A DNA stretch of 64,000 nucleotides from Candidatus Aenigmatarchaeota archaeon (lineage in GTDB: Archaea > Aenigmatarchaeota > Aenigmatarchaeia > QMZP01 > JAFGSV01): positions 1,959-65,958 of the forward strand of contig JAFGSV010000033.1 in NCBI GenBank assembly GCA_016934325.1. The letters run 5' to 3'. The position numbers and the translations under genes are program-made. Positions 49,407 to 58,292 of the stretch are shown in pieces. Positions within the stretch are counted from its first letter, which is position 1. Each line of letters starts with the position of its first letter. A model generated the notes under the pieces. That model searched no databases, was not told the DNA's origin, and worked only from the letters and a program-made list of their open reading frames with translations.

Positions 49407-49919
49407 TCAGTTTATCTCTATCATTATTTCTGCAAGGCCATATTTTATCATGTAAGTTCCGGCCGGGGCGTATTCAAGGGAATAGCTGCTCATAGGTTCG
49501 CCTGTCATTCCGCCGTGGGCCATGTTTTCGCAGGATTCCACCGGCCCCAGGTAAACGTACATCTTCCCGTTCCAGGTGAATTCGCCGCTATTTGAGTACG
49601 GGAGCGGGAAGTAACAGGATACGACGTCGCAGGGCATCGGCAGCATGACCGCCTTCCCGTCCACGCAGGCGGCGTCGAAGCCGTACAGGCTGTGCTGAAC
49701 GTTTGTCCAGCCTTCGGGTTCCTGCCTGTATATGCTCACTTCCCTGATCCGGCAGGAGCATGACGCCAGCCCGAAATCGGACCATTGCATGATCACCGGC
49801 TCGCCGGGATCATAGGCGGATTTGTCGGTCGACACGGTCTGCATGCCGAAGACGGCAAGGAAAGAGGTGCTCAATAAGACGATAAGGATGACTGCGATTA
49901 TGATGATTAATCTTTTCAT
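49407..49919 (-). CDS. Hypothetical secreted Cys-containing protein
   Basis: MKR + hydrophobic signal/anchor; TDKSAYDPGEPV Ig-like surface-protein start motif; seven Cys. Confidence 0.65.
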   Translation of the reverse strand: MKRLIIIIAVILIVLLSTSFLAVFGMQTVSTDKSAYDPGEPVIMQWSDFGLASCSCRIREVSIYRQEPEGWTNVQHSLYGFDAACVDGKAVMLPMPCDVVSCYFPLPYSNSGEFTWNGKMYVYLGPVESCENMAHGGMTGEPMSSYSLEYAPAGTYMIKYGLAEIMIEIN

Positions 49920-50110
49920 AGATTATTATTCGGTAATTAATCGTATTTATGCGTATAGGTTTTTTCGGGCCTGCCGCGGGATATCTTGACCGGTTCGGTC
50001 CCGTGCGGCAAACAGGGAAAATGCCCGGGAATGCGGAGAAAGAAATAAAAAAGGTATATACTTATATATAGACTCATAGACATATTAAAGAATCCGAAAG
50101 GTGGTTCATA

Positions 50111-52306
50111 ATGGCGAAAGCAGAAATCGCGCAGACTATCAAGGAACTGATGATGAAGCCGGATCAGATCAGGAACATCGGGATAGTCGCGCATATAGAC
50201 CACGGGAAGACGACCCTGACGGACAACCTGCTGGCAGGCGCCGGCATGATGTCGGAGGAGCTCGCGGGCCATCAGCTCGCCATGGATTTCGTCGAGCAGG
50301 AGCAGGAGAGGGGCATAACGATCTACGCCGCCAACGTGAGCATGGTCCACAAGGTCGGCGACAGGGACTACCTGATCAACCTCATCGACACCCCCGGGCA
50401 CGTCGATTTCGGCGGGGACGTGACCAGGGCCATGAGGGCGGTCGACGGGGTGGTCGTCGTCGCCGACGCCGTCGAGGGCTGCATGCCCCAGACGGAGACG
50501 GTCCTGAGGCAGGCCCTCAAGGAGAGGGTCATACCAACTCTCTTCATCAACAAGGTCGACAGGCTCATCAAGGAGCTGAAGCTGACGCCAGAGCAGATGG
50601 AGGAGCGGTTCAAGAAGATAATAACCGAGGTCAACATCCTGATACAGAAGTTCAGCGAGCCCGAGTACAAGAACAGGTGCACGGTGAACGTCGTGGAGGG
50701 CAAGGTCGCTTTCGGGTCCGCCCTGAGGAACTGGGCAATTTCCATCCCCATGATGAAGGAGAGCGGGATATCGTTCAAGGACATCATAGAGATGACCGAG
50801 CGCGGCGAGGAGAAGGAGCTGGCCAAGAAGGCCCCCCTGCACAGGGTGGTCCTGGACATGGTGATAAAGCACCTTCCCAATCCCCTCACCGCCCAGTCCT
50901 ACCGGGTGGAGAGGATATGGCAGGGAGGTGAGGAGGAGTCCGTTGTCGGCAAGAGCATGAGGTCATGCGACCCGGACGGGAAGCTGGCGGCTATCGTCAC
51001 CAAGATATACCCCGACCCGCACGCGGGATACGTCGCCACCGTTAGGATATTCTCGGGCAGGATAAGGAGCGGCCAGGAGCTTTACCTGGTCGGCTCGCAG
51101 AAGAAGGAGAAGATACAGCAGGTCTCCATCTACAAGGGACAGCAGAGGGTAACGATGGACGAGGTCGTCGCCGGCAACATCGTCGGCATCGTCGGCCTGA
51201 AGAGCGCGTTCTCTGGGGAGACGCTGTGCCAGCCCGACCACGTTATACCCGCTTTCGAGAGCATCAAGCACATATTCGAGCCTGTCGTGACGAAGGCCAT
51301 CGAGCCGAAGCAGCCCAAGCAGCTGGCGAAGCTCATAGAGTTCCTGCGCAAGACCAGCATGGAGGACCCCACGATGACCGTGAAGATCAACGAGGACACG
51401 GGGGAATACCTCGTCAGCGGGCTGGGTGAGCTTCACATAGACGCCAAGATAGAGAGGCCCCTCAAGGACGCGGGCATAGAGGTCAGCGTCTCGCCGCCCA
51501 TCGTCATCTACAAGGAATCCGTCAAGGAGAGGACCCCGGCCCCCGTCGAGGGCAAGTCCCCGAACAAGCACAACCGCTTCTATTTCATCACGGAGCCCCT
51601 TGAGGAGGCCGTGTTCAAGGCCATGATGGACGGGGATATCCCCGACCAGGAGGTCAAGAAGAAGAACCTTGAGCTGATCGACAAGCTCACCGGGCTGGGG
51701 ATGGACAGGGACGAGGTGAAGAAGATGAAGCTCATCCACAACAGGTGCATATTCCTGGACGTCACGAGGGGCGTCCACGCCATCCTCGAGGTCATGGAGA
51801 TGCTCAAGCAGGCCTTCCAGGAGTCCATGGACGAGGGTCCGCTTGCCAGGGAGCCATGCTCCGCCGTGAAGGTCAAGATCATAGACGCCAAGCTCCACGA
51901 GGACGCCATCCACAGGGGCCCGGCGCAGGTCATACCGGCCGTCAGGAGGGCTATAAGGCAGGCCATGGTAGGCTCTAAGGCTTTCATACTGGAGCCAAAG
52001 CAGATCATCAGGATAGACGTCCCGACCGAGCAGATGAGCGGGGCCATGAAGGAGGTCCAGAACAGGAGGGGACAGATCGTCGAGATGAGCGAGGAGAGGG
52101 GCGTCAGCATAATCAAGGCTAAGCTGCCGGTCGCCGAGATGTTCGGGTTCAACTCCGCCCTGAAGTCGGGAACGGGGGGGCAGGGCTTCTTCTGGCTCAT
52201 AGACGTGAAGTACGAGCCGCTCCCAAAGGAGCTGGAGCAGAAGGTCGTAACGCAGATCAAGCAGAGAAAAGGCATCACTGAAGAACAGGAAGACGTCGAA
52301 GAATGA
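50111..52306 (+). CDS. fusA: Translation elongation factor aEF-2
   Basis: AHIDHGKTTL, EQERGITI, DTPGHVDF, NKVD, GLGELH, diphthamide loop LHEDAIHRGPAQ. Confidence 0.98.
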   Translation: MAKAEIAQTIKELMMKPDQIRNIGIVAHIDHGKTTLTDNLLAGAGMMSEELAGHQLAMDFVEQEQERGITIYAANVSMVHKVGDRDYLINLIDTPGHVDFGGDVTRAMRAVDGVVVVADAVEGCMPQTETVLRQALKERVIPTLFINKVDRLIKELKLTPEQMEERFKKIITEVNILIQKFSEPEYKNRCTVNVVEGKVAFGSALRNWAISIPMMKESGISFKDIIEMTERGEEKELAKKAPLHRVVLDMVIKHLPNPLTAQSYRVERIWQGGEEESVVGKSMRSCDPDGKLAAIVTKIYPDPHAGYVATVRIFSGRIRSGQELYLVGSQKKEKIQQVSIYKGQQRVTMDEVVAGNIVGIVGLKSAFSGETLCQPDHVIPAFESIKHIFEPVVTKAIEPKQPKQLAKLIEFLRKTSMEDPTMTVKINEDTGEYLVSGLGELHIDAKIERPLKDAGIEVSVSPPIVIYKESVKERTPAPVEGKSPNKHNRFYFITEPLEEAVFKAMMDGDIPDQEVKKKNLELIDKLTGLGMDRDEVKKMKLIHNRCIFLDVTRGVHAILEVMEMLKQAFQESMDEGPLAREPCSAVKVKIIDAKLHEDAIHRGPAQVIPAVRRAIRQAMVGSKAFILEPKQIIRIDVPTEQMSGAMKEVQNRRGQIVEMSEERGVSIIKAKLPVAEMFGFNSALKSGTGGQGFFWLIDVKYEPLPKELEQKVVTQIKQRKGITEEQEDVEE

Positions 52307-52381
52307 TATTCTGGCGGGGATGGCTTCTTATCGACTGAATTTAAAGTCCCTGTGGCAAAATTAAGACATCGGTAGAGTGAG

Positions 52382-55135
52382 GTGTTCCATACGGCGAAGC
52401 CGAACATAGCCCAAAAGAAGCTGCTTGCCCTCATCAAGAAGCTGGCGGCGATCAGGGGCAGGCATACCGAGCTCATAACCATCTACGTCCCGGCCGGCTC
52501 GAACCTGAACATAGTGGCCGACCAGGTCAAGCAGGAGCAGGGCACGGCGTCGAACATAAAGTCCAAGACCGTGAGGAAGAACGTGCTCGGGGCGCTCGAG
52601 AAGATAAACCAGCACCTCAAGCACTACAGGCAGACGCCCCCCAACGGCCTGGCCCTGTTCTGCGGCAACGTGAGCGAAAAGGAGGGGGAGAGCGACCTTG
52701 AGCTGTGGGCGTTCGAGCCCCCGGAGAGGCTGAACCAGAGGCTGTACAGGTGCGACCAGGAGTTCGTCCTTGACCCGCTTGCGCACATGGTCAGGGAGAG
52801 GGAGATATACGGCCTCGTCGTGCTGGACAAATCCGAGGCGGAGATTGGCACCCTGAAGGGCAAGCGGGTGGAATCGCTCAAGCATCTGGAGTCCCTCGTC
52901 CCGGGAAAGACGAAGAAGGGGGGCTGGTGCGTGCATGAGGATACCCTGATACAACTGGCTGACGGGAGAATCGAAAAGGTTAAAGATCTGAAGGATGACG
53001 AGTTTCTATGTTACGATTTCAATAAGCTGGGAGTTGCTCCCGGAAGACATGCCCACTTCTTTTCAAGGAATTCCGACGATGCGTTGAGAATAAGAACATC
53101 CGCGCCTACGTCGGAGATAGTCGTAACTCCTGAGCATAAGTTCTTCATAGCGAATGAAGACGGTTTCGGAACGAAGGATGCCGCCGATATCAGGCCGGGC
53201 GATCGGCTTCTTGCGGTGAAATCGCTCGCAATAAATGGCGTGAAGATAAACATCGACGTAAAGCTACCATTTAGATATCAGATTACGGAGAAAGGTCTGC
53301 GACATCTCGTGAAAAGAAGGGAGGAGCTAGGATTATATCAATGGATGGTAGCAAGAAGGGTTGGGATATCCCAAACCGCCATCTCGAAACTCGAGCTTGG
53401 TGAAAGAACGCTGAAATTGGCTAATTTGAACAAGATATTAGACATGTACGGGATTGGGAAATCGGAATTCTTCGATAATTTCGTAATCAAGGAAAATAAG
53501 CTGGATTTCACGCCTGAATTGAACCGGGACCTTGCTCAGCTGCTTGGATACATGCTTGGGGATGGGAACAGGGATAAGAACAGAATAACATTTTCTGAAA
53601 GGGAATTGCCGACATTGAAGATATATGAGAGAATGGTTCAGCGGCTATTCTCCATCAGCGCCAGAATAAAACCGAGGGTGGGGAAAGGCTATTACGAAAT
53701 GAGGATTCACAATAAATTCATACTTTCCCTGATCGAAAGGGAGTTCCCCGGCATATTGACACCTTGCAGAAAGGACATCCCCGATAACGTCTGCAAATCA
53801 AGAAAACCCGAACTTGGGGGGTTCATCAGGGGCTTGTTTGATGCCGAAGGCTGGATCGACAAGAAAGCGAAGATTCTGGGCATAACCATGAACAACAGGG
53901 AAGTCATCAATAAAGTTCGGCTGATCCTTCTGAGGTGGGGCATAGTGTCCTCATTGAGAGAAGTCAAACGGAAAGGGAGCTTTGCCAGGAAGATGCGTTA
54001 TAATCTGAGAATCACAGATGCGGAATCATTGAGGGAGTATTCGAAGAGTATAGGATTTTCCTCCGCTAGGAAGAGGAAAGAACTCATAGGTGTAGTCGTA
54101 AAGTCAAATGTTTCATATGTAGACCAAATCCCTATCAGCGGTCGGCATCTTCTAAATTTGGTCCATAAGCTGGGATTAACGACGGGGGATTTTCCCAAGG
54201 TTCAGGATTTCTTTTACGACAGAAAGGGCATGAGCTATAGAATTTTCAAAAAGAACATTTATGACATTGTTAGAAGGAAGTTTTCCGGGAGCAATGAATC
54301 TGAAGAATTAAGTTATATGAAAAGCATCTTGGACTCGGATATGATATCGGTCGTAGTGAAGTCTGTTGATGCCGTGAAGACGAATAGGCCTTTTTATGAC
54401 ATGCATGTTCCCGGTTTTAATAGCTTCATAGCAAACGGTTTCGTATTGCACAATTCCCAGGCAAGGTACGCCAGGGTCAGGGAGGGATTGCTGAACGACC
54501 ATATGAAGAAGACCGGGGAAATCGCCACGTCATATTTCAGGGAGATGCGGGACCTGAAGGGGATAATAATCGGTGGGCCCGGCCCGATAAAGGACATGTT
54601 CTTCAACGGCGGCTTCCTGCCGACGGACGTGAAGTCGAAGGTCTTGGGCGTGGTTGACACCTCCTACACCGGCAAGTTCGGGCTCAATGAGATTCTGGAA
54701 AGGGGGGAGGACATCCTCGCCGAGGCGTCCGTTACCGCCGAGAGGAAGCTGCTCGAGAGGTTCTTCTCGGAGCTGGCGAAGGATTCCGGCCTTGGGGTCT
54801 ACGGCCTCAAAGAGACCATGAAGGCCCTCGAGTCAGGGGCCGTGGAGATACTGCTGGTATCAGAGTCCTTCGACTGGGTCCACGCTCAGCTCGAGTGCCC
54901 GTCATGCGGCGCCAAGCTGGAGAGGATGGTCAGGCGCGACAGGCTGGATTCCGTCAAGTGCCCCAAGTGCGGGGCGTCGATGGAAGCCGGGCAAGAAGAG
55001 GACGCCATTGAGAAGCTGGCGGATGCGGCGGAGAAGGTGGATACCACGCTGGAGATAGTCTCCGTGGATACGAGGGAAGGCGAGCAGCTCTTCGAGATGG
55101 GCGGCATAGCCGGTATACTGCGGTACAGGGTCTAG
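52382..55135 (+). CDS. prf1: Peptide chain release factor aRF1 precursor containing an intein (predicted spliced product 408 aa)
   Basis: RGRHTELITIYVP, TASNIKS, YRCDQEF, spliced GKTKKGGW|SQARYAR, GPGP.K, C-domain with zinc ribbon, GGIAGILRY. Confidence 0.93.
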   Translation: MFHTAKPNIAQKKLLALIKKLAAIRGRHTELITIYVPAGSNLNIVADQVKQEQGTASNIKSKTVRKNVLGALEKINQHLKHYRQTPPNGLALFCGNVSEKEGESDLELWAFEPPERLNQRLYRCDQEFVLDPLAHMVREREIYGLVVLDKSEAEIGTLKGKRVESLKHLESLVPGKTKKGGWCVHEDTLIQLADGRIEKVKDLKDDEFLCYDFNKLGVAPGRHAHFFSRNSDDALRIRTSAPTSEIVVTPEHKFFIANEDGFGTKDAADIRPGDRLLAVKSLAINGVKINIDVKLPFRYQITEKGLRHLVKRREELGLYQWMVARRVGISQTAISKLELGERTLKLANLNKILDMYGIGKSEFFDNFVIKENKLDFTPELNRDLAQLLGYMLGDGNRDKNRITFSERELPTLKIYERMVQRLFSISARIKPRVGKGYYEMRIHNKFILSLIEREFPGILTPCRKDIPDNVCKSRKPELGGFIRGLFDAEGWIDKKAKILGITMNNREVINKVRLILLRWGIVSSLREVKRKGSFARKMRYNLRITDAESLREYSKSIGFSSARKRKELIGVVVKSNVSYVDQIPISGRHLLNLVHKLGLTTGDFPKVQDFFYDRKGMSYRIFKKNIYDIVRRKFSGSNESEELSYMKSILDSDMISVVVKSVDAVKTNRPFYDMHVPGFNSFIANGFVLHNSQARYARVREGLLNDHMKKTGEIATSYFREMRDLKGIIIGGPGPIKDMFFNGGFLPTDVKSKVLGVVDTSYTGKFGLNEILERGEDILAEASVTAERKLLERFFSELAKDSGLGVYGLKETMKALESGAVEILLVSESFDWVHAQLECPSCGAKLERMVRRDRLDSVKCPKCGASMEAGQEEDAIEKLADAAEKVDTTLEIVSVDTREGEQLFEMGGIAGILRYRV
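52928..54454 (+). mobile_element. Intein (509 aa) with LAGLIDADG homing endonuclease and XRE-type HTH
   Basis: Cys1 (CVHEDT), block B TPEH, LLGYMLGDG and FIRGLFDAEG, block F/G FYDMHV...FIANGFVLHN followed by Ser+1; visibly lower GC than exteins. Confidence 0.93.
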
Positions 55136-55340
55136 TCCTGGCGGGGCTATTTATACCCCATTGATATGGGTTTTTATAACCATATATCTTCATTTCGAAT
55201 GCAAATATGTTAGGAACTGGTCATGAAAACCCCAAAAGATGCAATATTTCCTTCTTAAAGCCCTGAAGCCAATTATACATATAATTATTCAATTTCTCTG
55301 GAAAATTCTGGAAAATGAATGATTTATAAGGAGCAAGGGC

Positions 55341-55562
55341 ATGTCAAATCTATTTACCGGGAGGAAACTGGTATTCAGACCAATGGAACAATTTGAAGTT
55401 AATCTAAGCAAAATGAGTAGGGATGCTAAAATTGAGAAAATAAATTCTTTTGCTCAACACGATCATTATCAAGTGAAGTATAAATCCGGATTTCTTCATT
55501 TGTTAGACAAGATTTTCGTTGAAAAGGGTGAATGGGTAGAAATCAGAACAAATGAAAATTGA
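55341..55562 (+). CDS. Hypothetical protein (73 aa) in AT-rich islet
   Basis: SD-like AAGGAG upstream; no motif. Confidence 0.4.
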   Translation: MSNLFTGRKLVFRPMEQFEVNLSKMSRDAKIEKINSFAQHDHYQVKYKSGFLHLLDKIFVEKGEWVEIRTNEN

Positions 55563-55693
55563 AGAAATAACTACTTATACCCATTATATAATAATTAACC
55601 CCTGAACAAACTCAGAGTAAGTATTCCTGGCAGGGCCACTGTTACTGGAAAAATGTGATGATTATTTATATGAGTGTATAATAAAATATACAT

Positions 55694-56236
55694 ATGTCTA
55701 TAAAAATAGACAAACTGATGAATTTGTTTCTGGAAGACTCCTATAGCGAGTTCAATCTGAGGGAAGTCGCAAGAATTGCAAAGTTAAATCCAATGACTGC
55801 TTCAAAATATCTTAAATATCTCTTGAAGGAGTCTGTAATTAAAAAGAGGCCGGAGAGAAATTTCATCCTGTTTTCTGCAGATACAGAAAGTGAGAGATTC
55901 AAGGATATGAAAAGGTGCTTCAATATAAAAAAAATCAGATCATCAGGACTTGTGGAATATATAGAGAAAGAGCTTAGCTATCCAGAGGTGATAATCCTTT
56001 TTGGATCCTATGCGAAGGCAGAGAACAGTGCAGAAAGCGACATAGACATTTTTATTCTTTCCGAGTCGAATAAGAAGCTGGACCTGTCGGTATTTGAATC
56101 AAGAATCGGAGCGGAGATTCAGATTTTCAAACATTCAAGGAAGGAGTTCGATGCAATGAAGAGGGACAACAAAGAGCTTCTGAACAACATATTGAACGGG
56201 GTCTGTTTGAGCGGTTTTTTAGAGGTTTTCAAATGA
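55694..56236 (+). CDS. MNT-type nucleotidyltransferase with N-terminal HTH (putative antitoxin)
   Basis: FNLREVARIAKLNPMTASKYL HTH; IILFGSYAKAE...SDIDI Pol-beta motif. Confidence 0.85.
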   Translation: MSIKIDKLMNLFLEDSYSEFNLREVARIAKLNPMTASKYLKYLLKESVIKKRPERNFILFSADTESERFKDMKRCFNIKKIRSSGLVEYIEKELSYPEVIILFGSYAKAENSAESDIDIFILSESNKKLDLSVFESRIGAEIQIFKHSRKEFDAMKRDNKELLNNILNGVCLSGFLEVFK

Positions 56237-56655
56237 GATTTGAAGATTTCATAACGTCAAAGAAAGTCAGAAGGGGAAATCCCGATATACAGCTTGCAAA
56301 ATCACTGGTGAAGATGTCGGATAATCACCTGAAATCGATAGAATATATGAAACTGACGGAAACAAGTTCGGCCACCATAATGACAAACTATTACGAGTCC
56401 CTCAGAGAAGTGGTTGAGGCGATTGCGGCAATTGATGGCTACAAGGTATACTCCCACGAAGCATTTACCCATTTTCTCAGAGAGAAAGGAGAAGATATTA
56501 TATCCATTAAGTTTGACAACTACAGGAAAATCAGGAACAGCGTCAACTACTATGGGAAAACTGTCGAAGTAGGGATTACGGCGGCAAACACAGAGGAAAT
56601 CAAGAGAATGATATATCAATTAAAGGAGAAATATCTGAAAAGAATACTGGGCTGA
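56233..56655 (+). CDS. HEPN-like protein (putative toxin)
   Basis: ATGA overlap with MNT; YYESLRE...SHEA...YRKIRNSVNYYG (R-N-x3-Y variant of Rx4-6H). Confidence 0.75.
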   Translation: MRFEDFITSKKVRRGNPDIQLAKSLVKMSDNHLKSIEYMKLTETSSATIMTNYYESLREVVEAIAAIDGYKVYSHEAFTHFLREKGEDIISIKFDNYRKIRNSVNYYGKTVEVGITAANTEEIKRMIYQLKEKYLKRILG

Positions 56656-56681
56656 AATTCGCAATAAATCAATAAAATCAA

Positions 56682-56933
56682 CTAACCCCTGAAATCGTGC
56701 GAATATGGCAGCTGATTCGGGATCTCGATCTCGTCGTTCTCGACGTTCGTACTGTTTCCCCATGGAATGTCATCAGAGCTGACGATGATGTGCAGATGCT
56801 CGTCCCGCTCATATCGCATGTCGTATCCCTGCAATTTGTCCGCGAAATGAAGTATAAGCGCCCAGTCTGCGCTGGATAACCCCCAGCCGGACAGCGTTCT
56901 TCTAAGCTCGACAAGGGCATCATCAAGATTCAT
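56682..56933 (-). pseudogene. Short ORF, possibly a truncated gene remnant
   Basis: 83 aa, own TATA-like TTTAAA upstream, ends abruptly at the GC/AT junction of the islet; truncation is inferred. Confidence 0.3.
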
Positions 56934-57043
56934 GATAATCTATTGAAACACATATTTAAAACACAAGTCAATGGTAGGCGGCTAGTATCAATTTTTTATG
57001 CTCAATTCTCAATTTTATATGTGATATGATTCAACAAATACTG

Positions 57044-57598
57044 ATGAGGCTTTTCATAGCGTGCGAAATACCTGAGCAAGTCAGGAAGAAGCTGGTTACA
57101 TTACAGGAGGATATAGGTGAAGAGCAAGCCAGAATCAAGTGGGTCGAGATGAAAAACATACACCTGACCATGAAATTCCTCGGCGAAGTGGACGATGGCA
57201 AGGTCGAGGAAATCAAATCCAGTTTATCGAAGATAAAGTCCAAAGCCATCGATGCTCACGTTTCGGGATTCGGCGTTTTCCCGAACGAGAGCTATGTCAG
57301 GGTCATGTGGGTCGGCCTCGAGCCGGCGCATGATCTGGGGAAGCTGCATGACGGGATCGATGCGGCTCTGTCAAGCCTCGGATTCGGAACGGATTCTAGC
57401 TTCAGGCCCCATGTGACCTTGGGCAGGGTAAGATCGGTCATGGACAAGAACGGATTGATGCGGAAGATTGCCGAGGCCAAGGAAAGTCTTGCCGATATCG
57501 GTTCTAAATTCAGGATAGATGAATTCAAGCTGAAGAAGAGCACCCTTACTCCCCGGGGTCCCGTCTATGAGGACGTGGCTGTCGTGGTCCTCTCGTAG
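57044..57598 (+). CDS. thpR: RNA 2',3'-cyclic phosphodiesterase (2H family, ThpR/LigT)
   Basis: MRLFIA, HLTMKFLGE and PHVTLGR twin HxT motifs, L..STLTP.GPVY. Confidence 0.92.
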   Translation: MRLFIACEIPEQVRKKLVTLQEDIGEEQARIKWVEMKNIHLTMKFLGEVDDGKVEEIKSSLSKIKSKAIDAHVSGFGVFPNESYVRVMWVGLEPAHDLGKLHDGIDAALSSLGFGTDSSFRPHVTLGRVRSVMDKNGLMRKIAEAKESLADIGSKFRIDEFKLKKSTLTPRGPVYEDVAVVVLS

Positions 57599-57651
57599 GA
57601 TGCCGTTCAATCACATTTATGTTTATCACGAGCGACGAACAGGCGAAACGG

Positions 57652-58173
57652 TCAGATGAAATCGGAAATCTTGTGCCTGGCTTCCTCGTGCCAAAGCCAC
57701 AATATGAGAATGGCCGCGTCTATGGCCGCGGGAATGTTCTGGATGTTGAACATGGGGATTATGTGTATCTTCCATGACTCGAAAGAGAAGGGGAATAGCC
57801 ACATTATCCCCTCGTAGGCGCCTCCGCCCAGGACATAATCAAGAGAGATGTGGAGCAGGATCCCGAAAGCGATGACGAAGAAGTACATGGCCAGCTTCTT
57901 CCTGTCCATCCTCCAGAGCAATGCTCCCGGGACGATGAACAACGCCGCGAAGAACGGGGTATGCGTTATGCCCCCGTGCTGCATCAGCTCGCCGGATATT
58001 CCGAAGAACCCCAATATCCAGTTGATCGGGATGTCTATGTCGGGAAGCAGCCCTCCCATTCCCGCGACAAAGATGGTGTGCAACGTGAAATTGCGCTTAT
58101 TCTTCGCGAAGTAATCCCTGTACAAGTCAACCAGGATTATCGTGGTCAGCACGTGGGTGACGGCGAGGGGCAT
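57652..58173 (-). CDS. Membrane-bound metal-dependent hydrolase (YdjM/DUF457-like)
   Basis: THV, GGLLPDID, HGGITHT, H..LD motifs plus TM segments. Confidence 0.8.
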   Translation of the reverse strand: MPLAVTHVLTTIILVDLYRDYFAKNKRNFTLHTIFVAGMGGLLPDIDIPINWILGFFGISGELMQHGGITHTPFFAALFIVPGALLWRMDRKKLAMYFFVIAFGILLHISLDYVLGGGAYEGIMWLFPFSFESWKIHIIPMFNIQNIPAAIDAAILILWLWHEEARHKISDFI

Positions 58174-58292
58174 AAATAAATAATCTTGCTCATCATTTAT
58201 ATTTCGTGCGTCTGGGAAGAAGCCGATGGGGCATCATTTCAGGCGATAATAAATCTTTTATTCTACCGGTGACAAATAATATCGTGGTTAAA

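Noticed and set aside
50111-52306. Diphthamide-less EF-2 paralog
   Set aside because: The target loop LHEDAIHRGPAQ with its His is intact; this is a canonical aEF-2.
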